A DNA stretch of 62,710 nucleotides, the filler included, from Sphacelaria rigidula (lineage: Eukaryota): assembly GCA_964200075.2 (NCBI GenBank). It is 10 parts of 10 records of this genome, joined end to end, with 100 filler letters (N's around TTAATTAATTAA, not from the genome) between each part and the next. Parts side by side here need not be neighbours in the genome. Positions count along the whole stretch, not along the records: positions 43,968 to 50,148 come from CAXNAA020021695.1; positions 50,249 to 56,429 come from CAXNAA020021696.1; positions 56,530 to 62,710 come from CAXNAA020021697.1; 7 more parts are not named here. One strand, given 5' to 3'. Positions 49,645 through 62,710 of this stretch are shown one piece after another; position 1 is the stretch's first letter, and each line of letters begins with the position of its first letter. The position numbers and the translations under genes are program-made. Below the pieces are notes generated by a model, which was not told the DNA's origin, searched no databases, and was given only the letters and a program-made list of their open reading frames with translations.

Positions 49645-52600
49645 CTGTTGTCCCGCAGTTTTGCGTTGCGCGCCGCCCAGACGGGGATTCACGGTCGGCT
49701 TCGGACTACGTGGTACTAGAGAACGTGGGTGATACACTGAGGCCCGCGGTACCATACGCGACGAAAAATAGCACTCCTGGATCGCACGTTTCGTAAGACC
49801 GTTCCTATTGCCCAGCAGTAAAACCCCGCACCACTATCATGCCCGCGACACAAAGGGTTTCCCTCTTCGTTGAAAGTGATCCTCTTGAATGAAAAGTGAG
49901 CAAGAAAAAGTACCGTCAGCTGAAAAATCAAACATATACTCTGCGGCCGTTGGGCGGTTGGGTGTTGATTTTTTCTTTCTTCAATTGTTGGCCGCCGTTG
50001 TTGTTTTTCGAAAAGGGCAATGCAGCTACACCATCGAAGTCCTTCACAGCTCTGGACCCCTAATGCATCTCAACACACCAACACGCCCAACAAAAGAGTC
50101 ATCCTACGATAGGGGGGGGGGGGTATTGTGGGCCGTTTTTTTCCACAANNNNNNNNNNNNNNNNNNNNNNNNNNNNNNNNNNNNNNNNNNNNTTAATTAA
50201 TTAANNNNNNNNNNNNNNNNNNNNNNNNNNNNNNNNNNNNNNNNNNNNATCGATAGCCATTGCCGTCACGAATAGATTTCGAAAGCTATCCATCGATGCA
50301 TTTGGTCGGCCGCAATACATTTCAGGGTAGGGCCATAACAGACTGTTGCCCAGACAAGAGCGTGGGAAACTGGTCTATCAATAGACATTGCCAACGACAA
50401 TAGAAAGATATACTTACCGACCGATGGCCATTACGGACGACAGTAATGGCATCTACTGTAGCAGATTCTATTGATATCGCAATAGATGCTGTCTATTGTC
50501 CAGGGTGTGGAAAATCAGAGCAGGGCGGCGAATTTTGTTGAGGGTGGGATATTATTCTTCTATTGGGTTTTCGAGATAGTTGTTTGGTAGTGGTAACTAC
50601 AGTACACAGATGGTATCCCATGTTTTCATGGTTGAGTGTGGGACCCTCTGAACAGATTCTGGTTTCTGCTGACAGCGCTACGTTGTATGTAGGCTAGACA
50701 CACTCTGTCCGTTGTGTTCATAAGACGATGCTACTTGACTAGAACCCAAGGGAGAATATACTTCTTCGTTTCCCTCCTCGTTACCATCGGCTCGTCCTTC
50801 TTGTTTTTTTTGCCCTCTTTGGATCTTCCTGTCTGATGTTGTTCAGTCTCCAGTGCGCAGGCTCTGTAGAAGATCTCTTGGGACAGCACCCTACACAGTA
50901 GATCTATGTTGGGAATGGTTCTTGTTCTATGCGACAGTTCGATTACCGGCTTACTCGGTGCTACTACACTGTGTAGACACCAGTACGTGGCAAGGTAGTC
51001 GCAGAGATGGCATGCCGGGACTCCTTAGCTTCCAGTGGGTCTCCTGTAGCTCAGTTGGTCATTTACGGATTCTTCGTAGTGTATGTGCCTTTTTGGTGTG
51101 TAGACGTGTTGTTCCTCACCTTCACTCGCGGGCTGTTTGATTTATGGGCATGGATGGTAAGCTCCTTGCACTGTGACCACGAGTTCGAGAGATCAAGCTA
51201 ATGTGATGGAAGTAATAATAACAAGAATGTTGATGCAAGTTTGGCCAAAAACTAGACATTGACCCACGGAAATTGCGAAGGCGTTCTGGAACGGTCTCAA
51301 CGAGCACAGCAAGTCATTCCAAGGTGTCGACATCCGCCCGACCCCTTTTTCGGGCGAAAAACGACGGAGAAGGGCAAGAAAAGCACTTTTCAACAATGAT
51401 TTTTCTTACACGTGAGAAGTGGCCTAACTGCGCCGCATATTTGGCGTTGTTCAAAGCATTATTTATAAGAGACGGCCTGTGGGAAGCAAATACCCTGACC
51501 ACCGTGCAGAAGTCACGCCGTATCAAGATAGGCCGCAGATTTAACGCAAACGGTCAGTAGTCACGACAATGCAGTGGGACCACGAGTAGCATGTGTGCGC
51601 ATCGATTGCATCGAACAGACGTCGTTTGATCCCGGAACAAAGAACAGAGAGAGCTCGTACTGACTGTTGTACTGTACTGTATCAGCGCTAATATAATAAT
51701 CATTTTCGATAATATTGAGGCTTCCCGAGAAAGGAATTATTAAAAAAAAATTACGTTCGAGTCGCAACAGTCATGTTTCATAGTGACAATTGTACTGGGC
51801 TCAGAACAAGAACAGAGGTCGATGTGGCAAGAGGGGTGATCACAATCAGCACGGACAGCTGGCTCACTAGGCGTGCAAGTAAGGTGGCGAGAGCAGCACC
51901 CCTCAGGAGAAACATCACTGCGCATATCGCAAGCGGTCGCTGAACAAAAGTACAGGACGAAGTCCGTCGGAGCGTGTTCTCGTACATGCGACCTCCGTCC
52001 TTTCTGTGCGCACCGTTATAATGCAGTACTGACTGTTTGCTTTCTGTGTGTCAAGACTGCGCACCATCCACAGCAGCATTGACGCCTTGGGCAAGGGCTG
52101 TGTCGGGGTCATATGTCACACATTACCTTTCTAGCGTCGCGACTCCCCCGTGAAATGCACGAAGATGAGCGTGGGATCTTCGTCGAGTGTGCGTTCGCCC
52201 TAGGTGGCGCATGAAGAACTATGAGGCCGCTTCCTTCGTTTGAATGATCGTTAGGGGTGCGAATGGGGGGGTGTTATCCTGCGAAAAGTGTCCGGGCTGT
52301 TCGACGACATTTTCCGACGGTATACAACGTATCCTCGTTTCCTTTTTCCATGTGGATACACTTGATTTGTAACTACATCCTTAGCATGAGCAGATCGTGC
52401 GTTCACGCGCCGCCCTCCCTGTTCAGAGATCAAGTACACCTCCACACCCCTAACATGCATGTCTGGACAAACTCTTTTTATTAGTTGCCTTGAAGCGTTC
52501 CCTGAAACTCTGCAAAAAAATCACTTTTGGCCGTCTGGTATGCCGAGCGCGGGATGTTCCCAGAAAGCGAGTTAATCGAGATATGCATTGTGATTTGAAT

Positions 52601-53056
52601 ATATGCACTCCGCAAGAAACTGCGCTGTAATCGCTCTCGTGGTCGACGACAACATGTGTGATTTACCCGGCCTATCGATGGACTCCCCTGAACAAGCCAT
52701 ACCGTCCTCAACTAAAGCAAATGAAGTGAAACCAAGCAGACAAGACGGTGCAAGGCAATATGGGAGGAGAGGTCTGAATCGGAGTACCTTCGTTTCTGTG
52801 ACCAAAAGTGTGCCAAGAAATGCACTCCGACAATTTTTGGACAGAGAAGCGTTGCTGCTTGTATATCCAGTCCGCTCTGGGGACCCACGTTAGAGAACGT
52901 GGCGTGCACTGGAATGCACAACGGCATGGTGACTTTTCTCGTGTTCTTCTGTTCCTTAGTTATACAGAGTCTATCTTTACCGCCACATGCGGCCTGCCGT
53001 CTGTACATTGTCCCTGCGCCGCGACAAAGCTTCAGTGTTCTGTTCATATATATACA

Positions 53057-53594
53057 CACTTCCTCTGTACGATAAGTAAAGGTACCCAAATTTGTACGGG
53101 CCCTTAACGATGTTCGATCGTTTTATTTTCATTTTTAATGAACTCTACGGTGTTTTTGGGGTTGAGAAAATGTGTTTGAAATTTGCAGCTCGTGCTTGAA
53201 CCATGCCGCCGAACGGCTTCAAAAAAAGTAGTCGGCCCAAAAATGGCCGTTTTTCGCCCCTTTCCGAGGGGAAAAAAGTGTCGATTTTTTTCTTTTTTAA
53301 TCGCCCCCGCCTTCACTGGAGCTTGCTGCCAGGAAGTCCCACGCGAGTAAAAAAAATGTAGAAAAAATGACACTTTTTTTCCCCTCGGAAAGGGGCAAAA
53401 AACGGCCATTTCTAGGCCGACTACTTTTTTTAAGCCGTTCGGCGGCATGGTTCAAGCACGAGCTGCAAAATTTAAACACATTGTCTTAAGCCAAAAAACA
53501 CCGTAGAGTTCATTAAAAATAAAAATAAAACGATCGGACATCGTTAAGGGCCCGTACAAATTTAGGTACCTTTACTTACGGGACAGAGTCAGTG
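53057..53594. mobile_element. Foldback/MITE: ~240-bp inverted arms around a ~50-bp loop; Tc1/mariner-like ends
   Basis: TAAGTAAAGGTACC.AAATTTGTACGGGCCCTTAACGATG... is mirrored by ...CATCGTTAAGGGCCCGTACAAATTT.GGTACCTTTACTTA. The arms extend imperfectly to CACT...AGTG|TA. Confidence 0.9.
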
Positions 53595-55052
53595 TACATG
53601 CAAATGGCACGATATGGTTGAAATATAAATGCGGGACCCAGATGGCCCACCGTGGAGGCCCAAGGGTTCATTTCTAGAGCTGGGGGCAGGAGGAGGTCAC
53701 GCTCTCCAAAGGTTTCTTGTAATGTGGTCCATGGTGATAGTCATAGGTAATGGGAACAATGTCAAGGAATGCAGTGGGGGAGAGAGACAAGACAACACTC
53801 TACTGTACGGTACCGTGCTGAATTGCACTGCATTTTCCTGTACTGTGCTGTGTTGATCAGCTTTGTCCATCCCTACACAAGCACGTTGAGTACGCCCCCC
53901 CTACACAAGCACGTTCAGGGTGAGCCATCTGTTGTGCATTGGCATGATTTTGACTTGAAAGATGGATGCAAGACGTAGATAACCTGAGCGGAGCTTACAG
54001 GGTGCAATTTTCGAGCTGGCGACAAAAAGAGGTGACGCTATCCAAAGGCTTGATGTAATCTGATCGTTGATGATACCCATGGACAAAGGGAAGGAACGCA
54101 GCGGGGGGGAAGATAAGACCACACTGCACTGTGCCATACAGCTTCAGTACTGCATTGTACTACTGCTGTAGTGCTTGTTTTACTTCGGCTTCGCCCATAG
54201 TCGCCCCCAGGATGGGTCATCTCGATCGGCATAATTTTGACTTGAAATATAAACCATGATATACAGACAGTACGGCCGTGAGCAATGCATCTGGGGAGTG
54301 TGTATGATGTGCGCAGAAGGCCTTCCGGGGTTCTCCTCGAACCGACCGGACGGATCCTTTGTTTCTGACTAGCTAGCTTGATTTGTTCATCAGGAAGAGC
54401 TTTACCTTTGGGGGAAGATTCGAAGATTCCCTACATGTTTCGTGAGCGATTTGCATCCCTAACTGCACAATCGGCGAAGCTGCACAACGAAGCTACGGTT
54501 CAAGAGAACTTATTCAAGAGAAAGTACGGATTTAAGAAAGTGAAACTGGCTTGTCCCGACCAAAATCGGTTCAAGAGAGAATCCCTCTTATTTCCGAGAT
54601 TTTCTCTTGACGAACCTTGTAGTGCGTTTTTCCTTGGGATCTGGTGCATCCGTAGCTTCGTGTTGTCCTTCTACGAGAAGAGGTGCGAGTATGAAGCACA
54701 GCTATAACAACTCAACAACCGAGTTTACGTGTCCACGTGCAAAATTTGCATCGCGACACCATTTATTTTTCCAACGCAGGTGTACCAAGAGCGTACCGCA
54801 TACTGTACTTGGGTCACATGCTCGCCAACCAAGAGAATGAATGAGCGGTGTTTGGAGGTAGCCAAAGGTGCTAACGCTTGCTGCCTCACGTGACATGAAG
54901 TATACACTCTCCTTGACCTCTTACGGCATGTAGTTGGGATGAGAGCGTCCATCTCTGACGGCCTTTCGTGTTGGCTACGGTATAAGAGAAAGCGGGATTT
55001 AAGAGAGAGAAATTGGCTTGTCCCGGCCCTCTCTTAAACCGTGGCTGCTACT

Positions 55053-55394
55053 GTATTTATTTTTAATATTCATTTTATTTTTTGTTTGTTGCACCTTGAA
55101 CCCCTCCCCTTCCTTGGGGCGAGTCCGTGGTCTGTTGGTCTCAAGGGATCAACCCATCTCTCCCCGGTACACGCTTTGTATTTTGGTCTCGCGAATTGGG
55201 TCAGCACTCCCATGCCGCGTCAACTCTCGTCGAACAAACTCAGTCAACTACTCTTTGTCTACTCACGCACTCACCCTTCCGACGGTGGGAATCAGATACT
55301 TCGGAGAAAAAACCCAACGCATCGGGAATCGAACTCACGATCTCTGCACCCTATTGGTGACAGTTGGACGATTACACCACCGGGGCACGGCGGC
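55053..55394 (-). mobile_element. tRNA-derived SINE, near full length
   Basis: Minus strand GCCCCGGTGGTGTAATCG (A box), GAGTTCGATTCC (B box), body with GGGTTGATCCCTTGAGACC, A-rich tail at 55053-55090. Confidence 0.78.
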
Positions 55395-55730
55395 CCGTAC
55401 ATGGAACACAACTGACTCTTCGGCATACACGCAGACTTCCGCTTTTGCACATACAAGGTTACGCGCTGACATCGTCAAATACTCTGCAAGACCTCGTCGA
55501 AGTAGAAGTGGTTCGATCGCCGAAAAATCACATACAGACCGTTAGCCACCGTGCTCGAAGCTGGTATATGGAAGAGAATATCAGATTACAGATTACCCAG
55601 CCCCAGGGCTACCAGACTATCAGTCGTCCTTGACCGTAGGTTGTGGTACTGTCCGTAGGGGGACATTGCCCTCTTGCCAGGTGCGCCGGCAGGGGTCGTT
55701 GAAAAAGCGCACTGTGCGCGCAACAGGAGC

Positions 55731-55853
55731 TTAACCCTTTGACCACGAGGGTATACAATAGGTCACCTGTCACCTGCTGAATCGGCATCAATTTCACTTG
55801 AATAAAGTATGTGTGATCCAAATGGACTACCCGCATCGCGGTCTCAGGGTTAA
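55731..55853. mobile_element. piggyBac-type MITE, complete
   Basis: TTAA|CCCTTTGACC.CG ... CGCGGTCTCAGGG|TTAA. Confidence 0.85.
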
Positions 55854-56377
55854 CCTACACCTGTCAAGCGAGTTGAGGTGGGGACGTTCAGCTCAAAAGC
55901 CTAATAGTTATAACGGAGCCTTAATGTTGCTTCTTCGCTATGTTTCATTGAGCCTTCATCCATAACCAGGCGAAGAATCATGATGAGGCTGCCAGGATTC
56001 GGTGCTACCTGCTTGCCCGATTGATAATGTACCCTGCATACTGTCATCAGACAGACGGTGTTACATGAGGATCAATGGCCTAGAAAAGGTATACCTTGAC
56101 GTATTTCGCCTAAAGAAGGTACGAAAAATGGCCATTAAATGAAATAAAATAAAATACACCGCCGCGTCGGTGGTATCCACCGTTTCAATGCACGACGCAC
56201 CCTCCGTTGCTCGCGCTACTGAAATTGTGACTGTGACACGTTACTGTAGTACCGGCGAACACCCCGCCCAAGTGCCGGCCTCATCACACACAAGGTGCGC
56301 CTGGTCTCGACGCCTAACCTTCGCAAATACCGCCTCCATATTTAATATTATCGAAATGGAATAACGCTGCCACTGTC

Positions 56378-56406
56378 TGTTGTTGTTGTTGTTGTTGTTG
56401 TTGTTG
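56378..56406. repeat. (GTT)n microsatellite
   Basis: About 9 GTT units. Other microsatellites: (AT)n 4997-5016 and (GTGTAC)n 38146-38185. Confidence 0.9.
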
Positions 56407-59400
56407 TCTTCACATTAAAAACCGTTCCGNNNNNNNNNNNNNNNNNNNNNNNNNNNNNNNNNNNNNNNNNNNNTTAATTAATTAANNNNNNNNNNNNNNN
56501 NNNNNNNNNNNNNNNNNNNNNNNNNNNNNTGGTTGCCAGACACCGCAGCCCCCGGCAAACACTTCTAACCTTCACCTACCAGCCCACAGCTACTTCCAGA
56601 GACAGACATCACATGAAATGTATACATTTGGTACATTTGGGACTTCAAAGTACGTATTTTCACGAAATTTGAAAAAACATTACGATGACAGGCACAAAAA
56701 GGTTCGGCCCAAACGGTTTTAGAACCCGTTTTTCTCTTTTCGCTATGAACGCTTTATTCGGTGCAAATATGCAATAATTTCTGCGGGCAAGATGGCTGAC
56801 ACCGTCACCATATTTTTTCGTTGGATTCGAGGCCTTGACCACAGTGGGAAAATGATGATGTAGGATGAAAGCAAGTCTCCCAACAACGGCGAGGGACCCC
56901 CTCGCCGGGGGGGGGGGAAGGGGTCCTCATTTGTTGCTTGCCTTAGTCGTCCGGGAGGGGCGGGGCATTTTTCATGAGAGGTACCTCCCACGGCTGTGGT
57001 AATATGACGCCGAATTGCACCGACACCAGAATATTGCACAGCCGACAACAAGCCGGCACACTAAGTACCACCGATGCATACCCGAAAATGATCCGCATCG
57101 TCCATGTCTTAGAGTCGCCCACCGGGCACAAGATATCAGGCTGTCGCCAGTCGATGAGTGGAGAACTGCGACGGCAAGACGGACGCTCGCCAACCACTGA
57201 AACTCCCGTCATTTTAGAGGTCAAAGGAGACGATCTAAGAACACATCTGAACACGCGCCAGGACCACTCGCACGTTTCGGAGTAACCGCCAGGTGGAGAG
57301 ACCGTGACCCTGCGTGCGTGCCGCAGCAAAGCACGGTACGGGAACACTCGGATGCCAAAAGTGCATAAATGAAGAAGGTCGGGCAGTGGAACGATTGCCA
57401 CTGAAATATTCGCACAGGTCCTCCGAGGATCAAGCAGAGGCAACGCAAAAACGTCGTCGTTAAACAAACGGTCTCTGCCCCGTCGCTTCGGCGCGTATCA
57501 TCGTGCACCGAAACGCAAGTCCTATGCCAAAAATTCAAATAAAACTCAACACCGAAAACCCAAACGATCACAGGCGAAGCATATGAGTAGACCTCATCAC
57601 CACAGGTGTGAAGCATACACCCCCAGCCCCCAAGAGACCGAGATACTATACAGACAATCACATACATCGACAACAAGGAACACACACGGAGGAAGGCTAC
57701 AAAATACGAAGAGAGCCGAGAAGGAGGGGAAAAAAATAAGCGATCACCGCGCCACAGGGGACAACAGAATCACGCGATACGAGGTGCCTCACACCCAGAA
57801 CCCACGGCACAAGTCCGCGACTCAGTGGGCCAAACAGGGATACCTTTTGTGCGATGTGCGCCGAATTTATCACACGAAGCCATACTGCGGCATGGAGCAC
57901 AACACATCCACAAATCCGACAGCAGCCGTCCTCACGGTTCGCTGCCGCCCCCAACACCACGACGCGTCGGCGCCGACATGTAAAGACAACGAATTCACCA
58001 CGACCACAGGAGGATGTATGATTCGTCGCGACAGGCGGGTAGGAACCGTCAACCCAACTTCCGGCGCGGCAGATTATCGTGGATCCAGAGTGAGGTTCAA
58101 CTTCCCGCCCCCCCCTCCATCCATTTATCATGGAGTTGTTACACCCTTCACAACAACAGCATGGAGGCTTTCCGTAGACGCCTGGCAAATCCACACGACC
58201 CCCTATCCCACAGCCAGGCGAAAGCCTCGCGTACCACCGACGGAATCTCTCCATCCCCGACCCACAGGAGGGGGTATGCCGCGGTGAAACAGTGCCGCCG
58301 AGGTGTCTGCGCCCTCCGTCCATGTGCTCCGAGCGATTTTCTTAACCTGAAGGCCGTCTGCACAGGGAGTCGAGGGTTAGAGGTGACGGGCGCGGCACGG
58401 ACACGGTGAGCGCGATGAAATATGGACGACAGAAAGGAAGAAAACAGCGCGAGTATCGTGTGCAGCGCCGAGGGTGTGGCGCGGATGCAATGTGCCTGGC
58501 AGCGACGCACGCACAACGGGCGCCGACCACGACATTATGTCGCCGGAATGGCAGGCATGAACACAGTTTCGTGTGGGAGATGGGCGCTGAAGTACGGAGG
58601 CAAGAGGTAGTGTTCATGCCATACGACAGAAATGGCGACGACGAGATAACATTTGAATGCGAACCCGCGGTTCGACAGAAACTACTCGTATCGTAGCACA
58701 ATACTACTGCCGCGCCCTGCTGGTGCCATGGGACTTTTATCGCCAGTGGGATGGACGAAACGTGGATTCCATCCCCAATGTTTGTCTTCTTTACTTTGTG
58801 CATGTGAGCTCCCAACTTCATTTCGATAGCAGTTGTTTCGACGAATATATGGCCCGTTCGCGCAGCTCTACTAAAAGATACGAGTACTTTCGCATGCGAT
58901 GACAGTACTGTACACGGATATTGGGAGCTCTCACCAAGGCTTTCGACAGAAAATACATGTAGAAAGCGCCGCAATCACCAAACCGTTGAAATCATTCAAT
59001 TTCGTATTTCCGCACCGCGTTCGAGCATAGGGTCGACGCCATTGGTGGCTGTCGCGACATAAAAAATACGCTTTGACGGAGGCGCCTATGGCAGTTCGCG
59101 CGCCGATGGTATAACGTGCTGAGTGAGTGTCTTGCCGCATTCTTCCATCGAAATAAAGGGGCGATGGAAATTAATCTTAGCGAAATTCGCTCATTTTCTC
59201 TCGAGGTGGGTCGAAGCGAATTTTCAAGCGTTCTATCGGAAAAGGACGGTAAAATTCGTGAAGCGGTAGATGGTCGTTTGTGAACAATACAGACAGTGCG
59301 TACTGCCTGCACTGTTTGAATGCAGTGTATGTGAAGTTCGTGTCTGGTGTTTCGTGCAGCAGGATGTGAAAGAGGAGCGGGCAACATGCAGAACTTCCAC

Positions 59401-59567
59401 GGTAGCACCATCTGTTCCCTCTGCCCACAATGCGACGTGAAAAGGACTCGGACAACGCGCAGCTTTGTACATGCATTGTGTCCGTTACCGCGTTCGCGAG
59501 GGGGTTGGCCACCTTACCACGTCGTTTTAACCCTGGTCCCGACGATGGAAGAAGATGGTCAAGTTTT

Positions 59568-60307
59568 CACACGTCGGACGAGCACGAGTATGAATCGTGT
59601 CTCGTACTCGTTGGGCTGCTCGTGGTGAAAAAAAAGCAATAGGGTGAGTACTCGAGTCATTGCTCGTGGTGAAAAAAATGAACAGGGCGAGTACTCGAGT
59701 CATGGCGCTTGGTGAAAGAAAAATCCCACGTTAGACTATTCATTACTCGGCGAAACAAGTGCACTCGTGAATGTTTTCGTTCAACACAACGAGCATGCCT
59801 TGTGTGCTCGAGTCATGATTTTTTTCTACAACGAGCAACGACTCGAGTACTCATCGTCGGATTGCTGACTACTCGACTCAAGTCGTTCATCATGAGCAAT
59901 GACTCGAGTGCTCGCCCTATTAAGTTTTCCACAACGAGCAATGGCTCGAGTATTCGCCCCTTTGATTTTTACCGCCAACGAGCAGCCCAACCAGTGCGAG
60001 TGTCACGAGTCATACTCGTGCTCGCCCGGCGTGTTGAAAAACTCTAGAGCGAGTACTCGAGTCGTTGCTCGTAGTGTCAAAATTTAATAGGGCGAGTACT
60101 CGAGTCATTCCTCGTGGCAGAGAAAATTTATAGGTCTAGCGCTCGAGTCATTCTTCGTGGTAGAAAAAATCATAACTCCAGCACACGAGTCATCCGTCTT
60201 GGTGAAGACAAATGAATAACTCGAGCACACGAGTCGTGCTCGTGGTGTTTTCGAGAAACATTAACGAGTGTACTCGTTTCGACGAGAAATGACTCGTCCG
60301 ACGTGTG
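59568..60307. mobile_element. hAT-type non-autonomous element (740 bp) with ~42-bp GAGTACTCGAGTCAT arrays in both orientations
   Basis: Perfect 15-bp TIR CACACGTCGGACGAG / CTCGTCCGACGTGTG and perfect 8-bp TSD CAAGTTTT (59560-59567, 60308-60315). Confidence 0.93.
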
Positions 60308-61204
60308 CAAGTTTTCGCCGACAAAATGTATGCACAGCATACGCAACTGCTGCCCACCCTTGTGCTCAACTCCTGCTTTATGCTGCAGGGTTGCGACCGT
60401 AGCTAACGATGAATGGTGTGTACTAGGTTGCATGATCATTCGAACGGATGGTATGTGGCGTGGTGGTCTGTATGTTAGGGGCCGAGCGCCTCCGGTTGCT
60501 TTTCGCCCGTATGTCCGTTAGGAAAAGGTGAGCTTGATTGTGTTTCACTTCTTCTCCGCTCGCCACTAAGACCGTGTCGTAGTATATTATTTTTCGATCG
60601 AAAACGTGCGCTGGAGAACAGAAACTCCGATGAAATAGGTCGTAATATGAACCGGTTTCGACATGATTACGATAGCTGAATAGCAGGGACGGCATTGGAA
60701 GGACGAGCCTACGTCTGTGACCACGGGTTCGAGAGATCGGACAAATGGGCGAAAAATGCTGAAACTACGGCCTATCAAACCGGAGTGTTCCTGTTCCACC
60801 GTACATTTTTCATATAAAAATGATATGCGAAGGCACGCCGTCATGATAAAACAATCGTTGATGCCAACTAGGAGCAGAGTGCGGTGGACAAATGCGATGG
60901 CAATTGTTTTTTCCACCGCATTTTTTCGAGCGAAATCAACATATATGAAGATTTGTCATCTATGGGAGGGTGTTGACGTCGAGATATGATGTTTCACTGC
61001 TGGTACACACCACCCGCCTTTGCTTGCTTTGGCGCCAACCCGCGACGGGCAGGGATCGCTAAACCAAACCCGATTGGCCCCTCTGTACCTCTCCATACAT
61101 GAGACTTGTGCCCCAGTTGAGACGAACGCCTATTCCGTAACAACAGAAAAGGTGAACACCGGTCGCTTAGCGGTGTTCACTGACCGCGGAAGGGACAGGT
61201 ACAA

Positions 61205-62550
61205 AAGAAACAGGTACGGTAGGTACTGGTATATCGAACTACCGGGGTATCGTGGGTATCGTAGGTATGACAATTGAAAATACCCGATTGGGTCGGTATT
61301 GGTAGGGTATGATATGTCCGAAATACCAGTACGGGGTACCTGCCTTACCCTCTGTGCTGATTTCAAGACTGTCATCCGGCAGTGCGGAGAAGCGTTCGAG
61401 ATCCCTGTGCAAGTACGGACGTCAAATTATTGATGTGCCCAAGGTGGGCAGCGCCACCCCCACACGCACACAACGCACAACGCTGACCTGCAGACCTCAA
61501 AAGACATAGAATCCCATCATGACCACCAGCTGGATTGTTGCAATCAGCTGACAGGGCAAGACACCCAATCCATGGATCGATCATGAGTACTGCTTGGTGA
61601 GTTTCGTGGTTATTGACCGGGGTGCAGAGACGAGAGCACTCTGAGGATAGAGCAGTAGCAAGTGGAAATTTGAAATTCAATGGGCAGATTTTTGTTTCGA
61701 GGGGGAGCGCTATAATTTGTGGCACTAAGTAATTGCAGTAGTACGCAAGGCCAGGGTTTACCTCTCCATGTGGTTGTACTTTTTCATTTAGAGCACCCGG
61801 CAATGGCGCAGTAATAACGGTATATATATATGTATATATATATATTGTATGTGCGGTTATTCATTTGATATTTTGGCACCTTGTTATCTATTTTACATGC
61901 CTTCTGCGACCCCTTCCGTTTTTTGTTGCTGTTTCTCCTTCTCGTTTCTTTCTCTCTGCTTGTTTGCACGTGAAATATTATCGTGTATAATGCCCATGTT
62001 CGACATGAATGATGAAACAATGCACAGCGCCGTAGCGGTGATAAAATATCCATATCCATTAACCCAGATAATCAGACTACATAATAACAAGTTCATTCGA
62101 ATTGATCCAAATACAAAATCAGGGGGAATCCGGGTATATATTACTTGTGAAAACAAGACGTACGTACTCTCACAACTTTTGGCCTTTGCGTAAGTTGGGA
62201 CCAGCTGCTGCACCGTGGGGATCGCATCGCGTCCGGTATCCAACGTGTATATTCTCGGTATTACCCGAGGTGTCCCATACCGTGGTTTGCGTGGGTATCG
62301 TAGGCATGAGTTCTCATAATATCCGATTGAGCGGGTACGGTAGGAGTTGAAATATCGCAATACCGTAGTATCATAGGTATCGTGGGTACGGCATTTGAAA
62401 ATACCCGATTGAGCGGGTACAGAGGGTGATGAAATCTAGAAATATGATGGTATCGTAGGTATCGTCGGTACGATTTTCGAAAATATTCGATGGGGCGGGT
62501 ATGAAAGGTATTGAAACCTCGAAATACCGTGGTATCGTGGGTATCGTACG
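61205..62550. repeat. Two blocks of a GGTATCGT(A/G)GGTA / AATACCCGATTG repeat family (61205-61353; ~81-bp tandem units at 62290-62550), probably MITE-derived
   Basis: Shared CGTGGGTATCGTAGGTATG...GAAAATACCCGATTG.G..GGTA. The first block ends in a TIR-like TACCTGCCTTACCCTCTG. Confidence 0.65.
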
Positions 62551-62710
62551 TTTTTTTCCCCTTCCCTCACACTTTGAAGCCTCCCCCCCCCTCCTCGGGA
62601 TGAGTCCGTGGTCTCAAGGGATCAACCCATCTCTCCCCCGGTACGTGCCTTTCATTTTGGTGTCGCGGAATGGATCATGACCATCAGCACTCCCGCCCCG
62701 CGCCAACTCA
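62551..62710 (-). mobile_element. 3' body of the tRNA-SINE family, truncated by window end
   Basis: GAGTCCGTGGTCTCAAGGGATCAACCCATCTCTCCCC.GGTAC.GC.TT..ATTTTGGT.TCGCG matches 55120-55225. Confidence 0.8.

Noticed and set aside
56943..58974. Overlapping 150-230-aa ORFs on both strands
   Set aside because: No domain motifs and no consistent exon structure, so the coding strand cannot be decided.

Overview
This is eukaryotic nuclear DNA, not a prokaryotic locus. It is most likely a brown alga or related stramenopile, inferred from GT-AG introns of 0.3-3 kb, roughly 50% GC and the repeat families. The window is ten unrelated contigs of exactly 6,181 bp each, joined by nine artificial 100-bp linkers (N44-TTAATTAATTAA-N44), so nothing can be inferred across linkers. 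Four of the five partial spliced genes I could rebuild are a cytochrome P450 3' half with aromatase-like motifs, a USP32-like EF-hand/DUSP/UBL deubiquitinase, a ZIFL/MFS transporter and an unknown 4-exon protein. The fifth is an internally duplicated, probably secreted protein of divergent C2-like domains with Pro/Thr inserts and RXL motifs. Two decayed Ty3/Gypsy fragments are present: a pol whose integrase carries a chromodomain plus a second Tudor/PWWP-like module, and an LTR-gag-protease. The rest is non-autonomous elements: hAT-type MITEs with expanding internal arrays, piggyBac-type TTAA MITEs, a foldback element, tRNA-derived SINEs and minisatellites. No CRISPR, rRNA or true tRNA gene is supported. 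Best leads: the C2-like repeat protein, the double-reader integrase tail, the aromatase-like P450, and a concerted motif switch in one hAT MITE subfamily.
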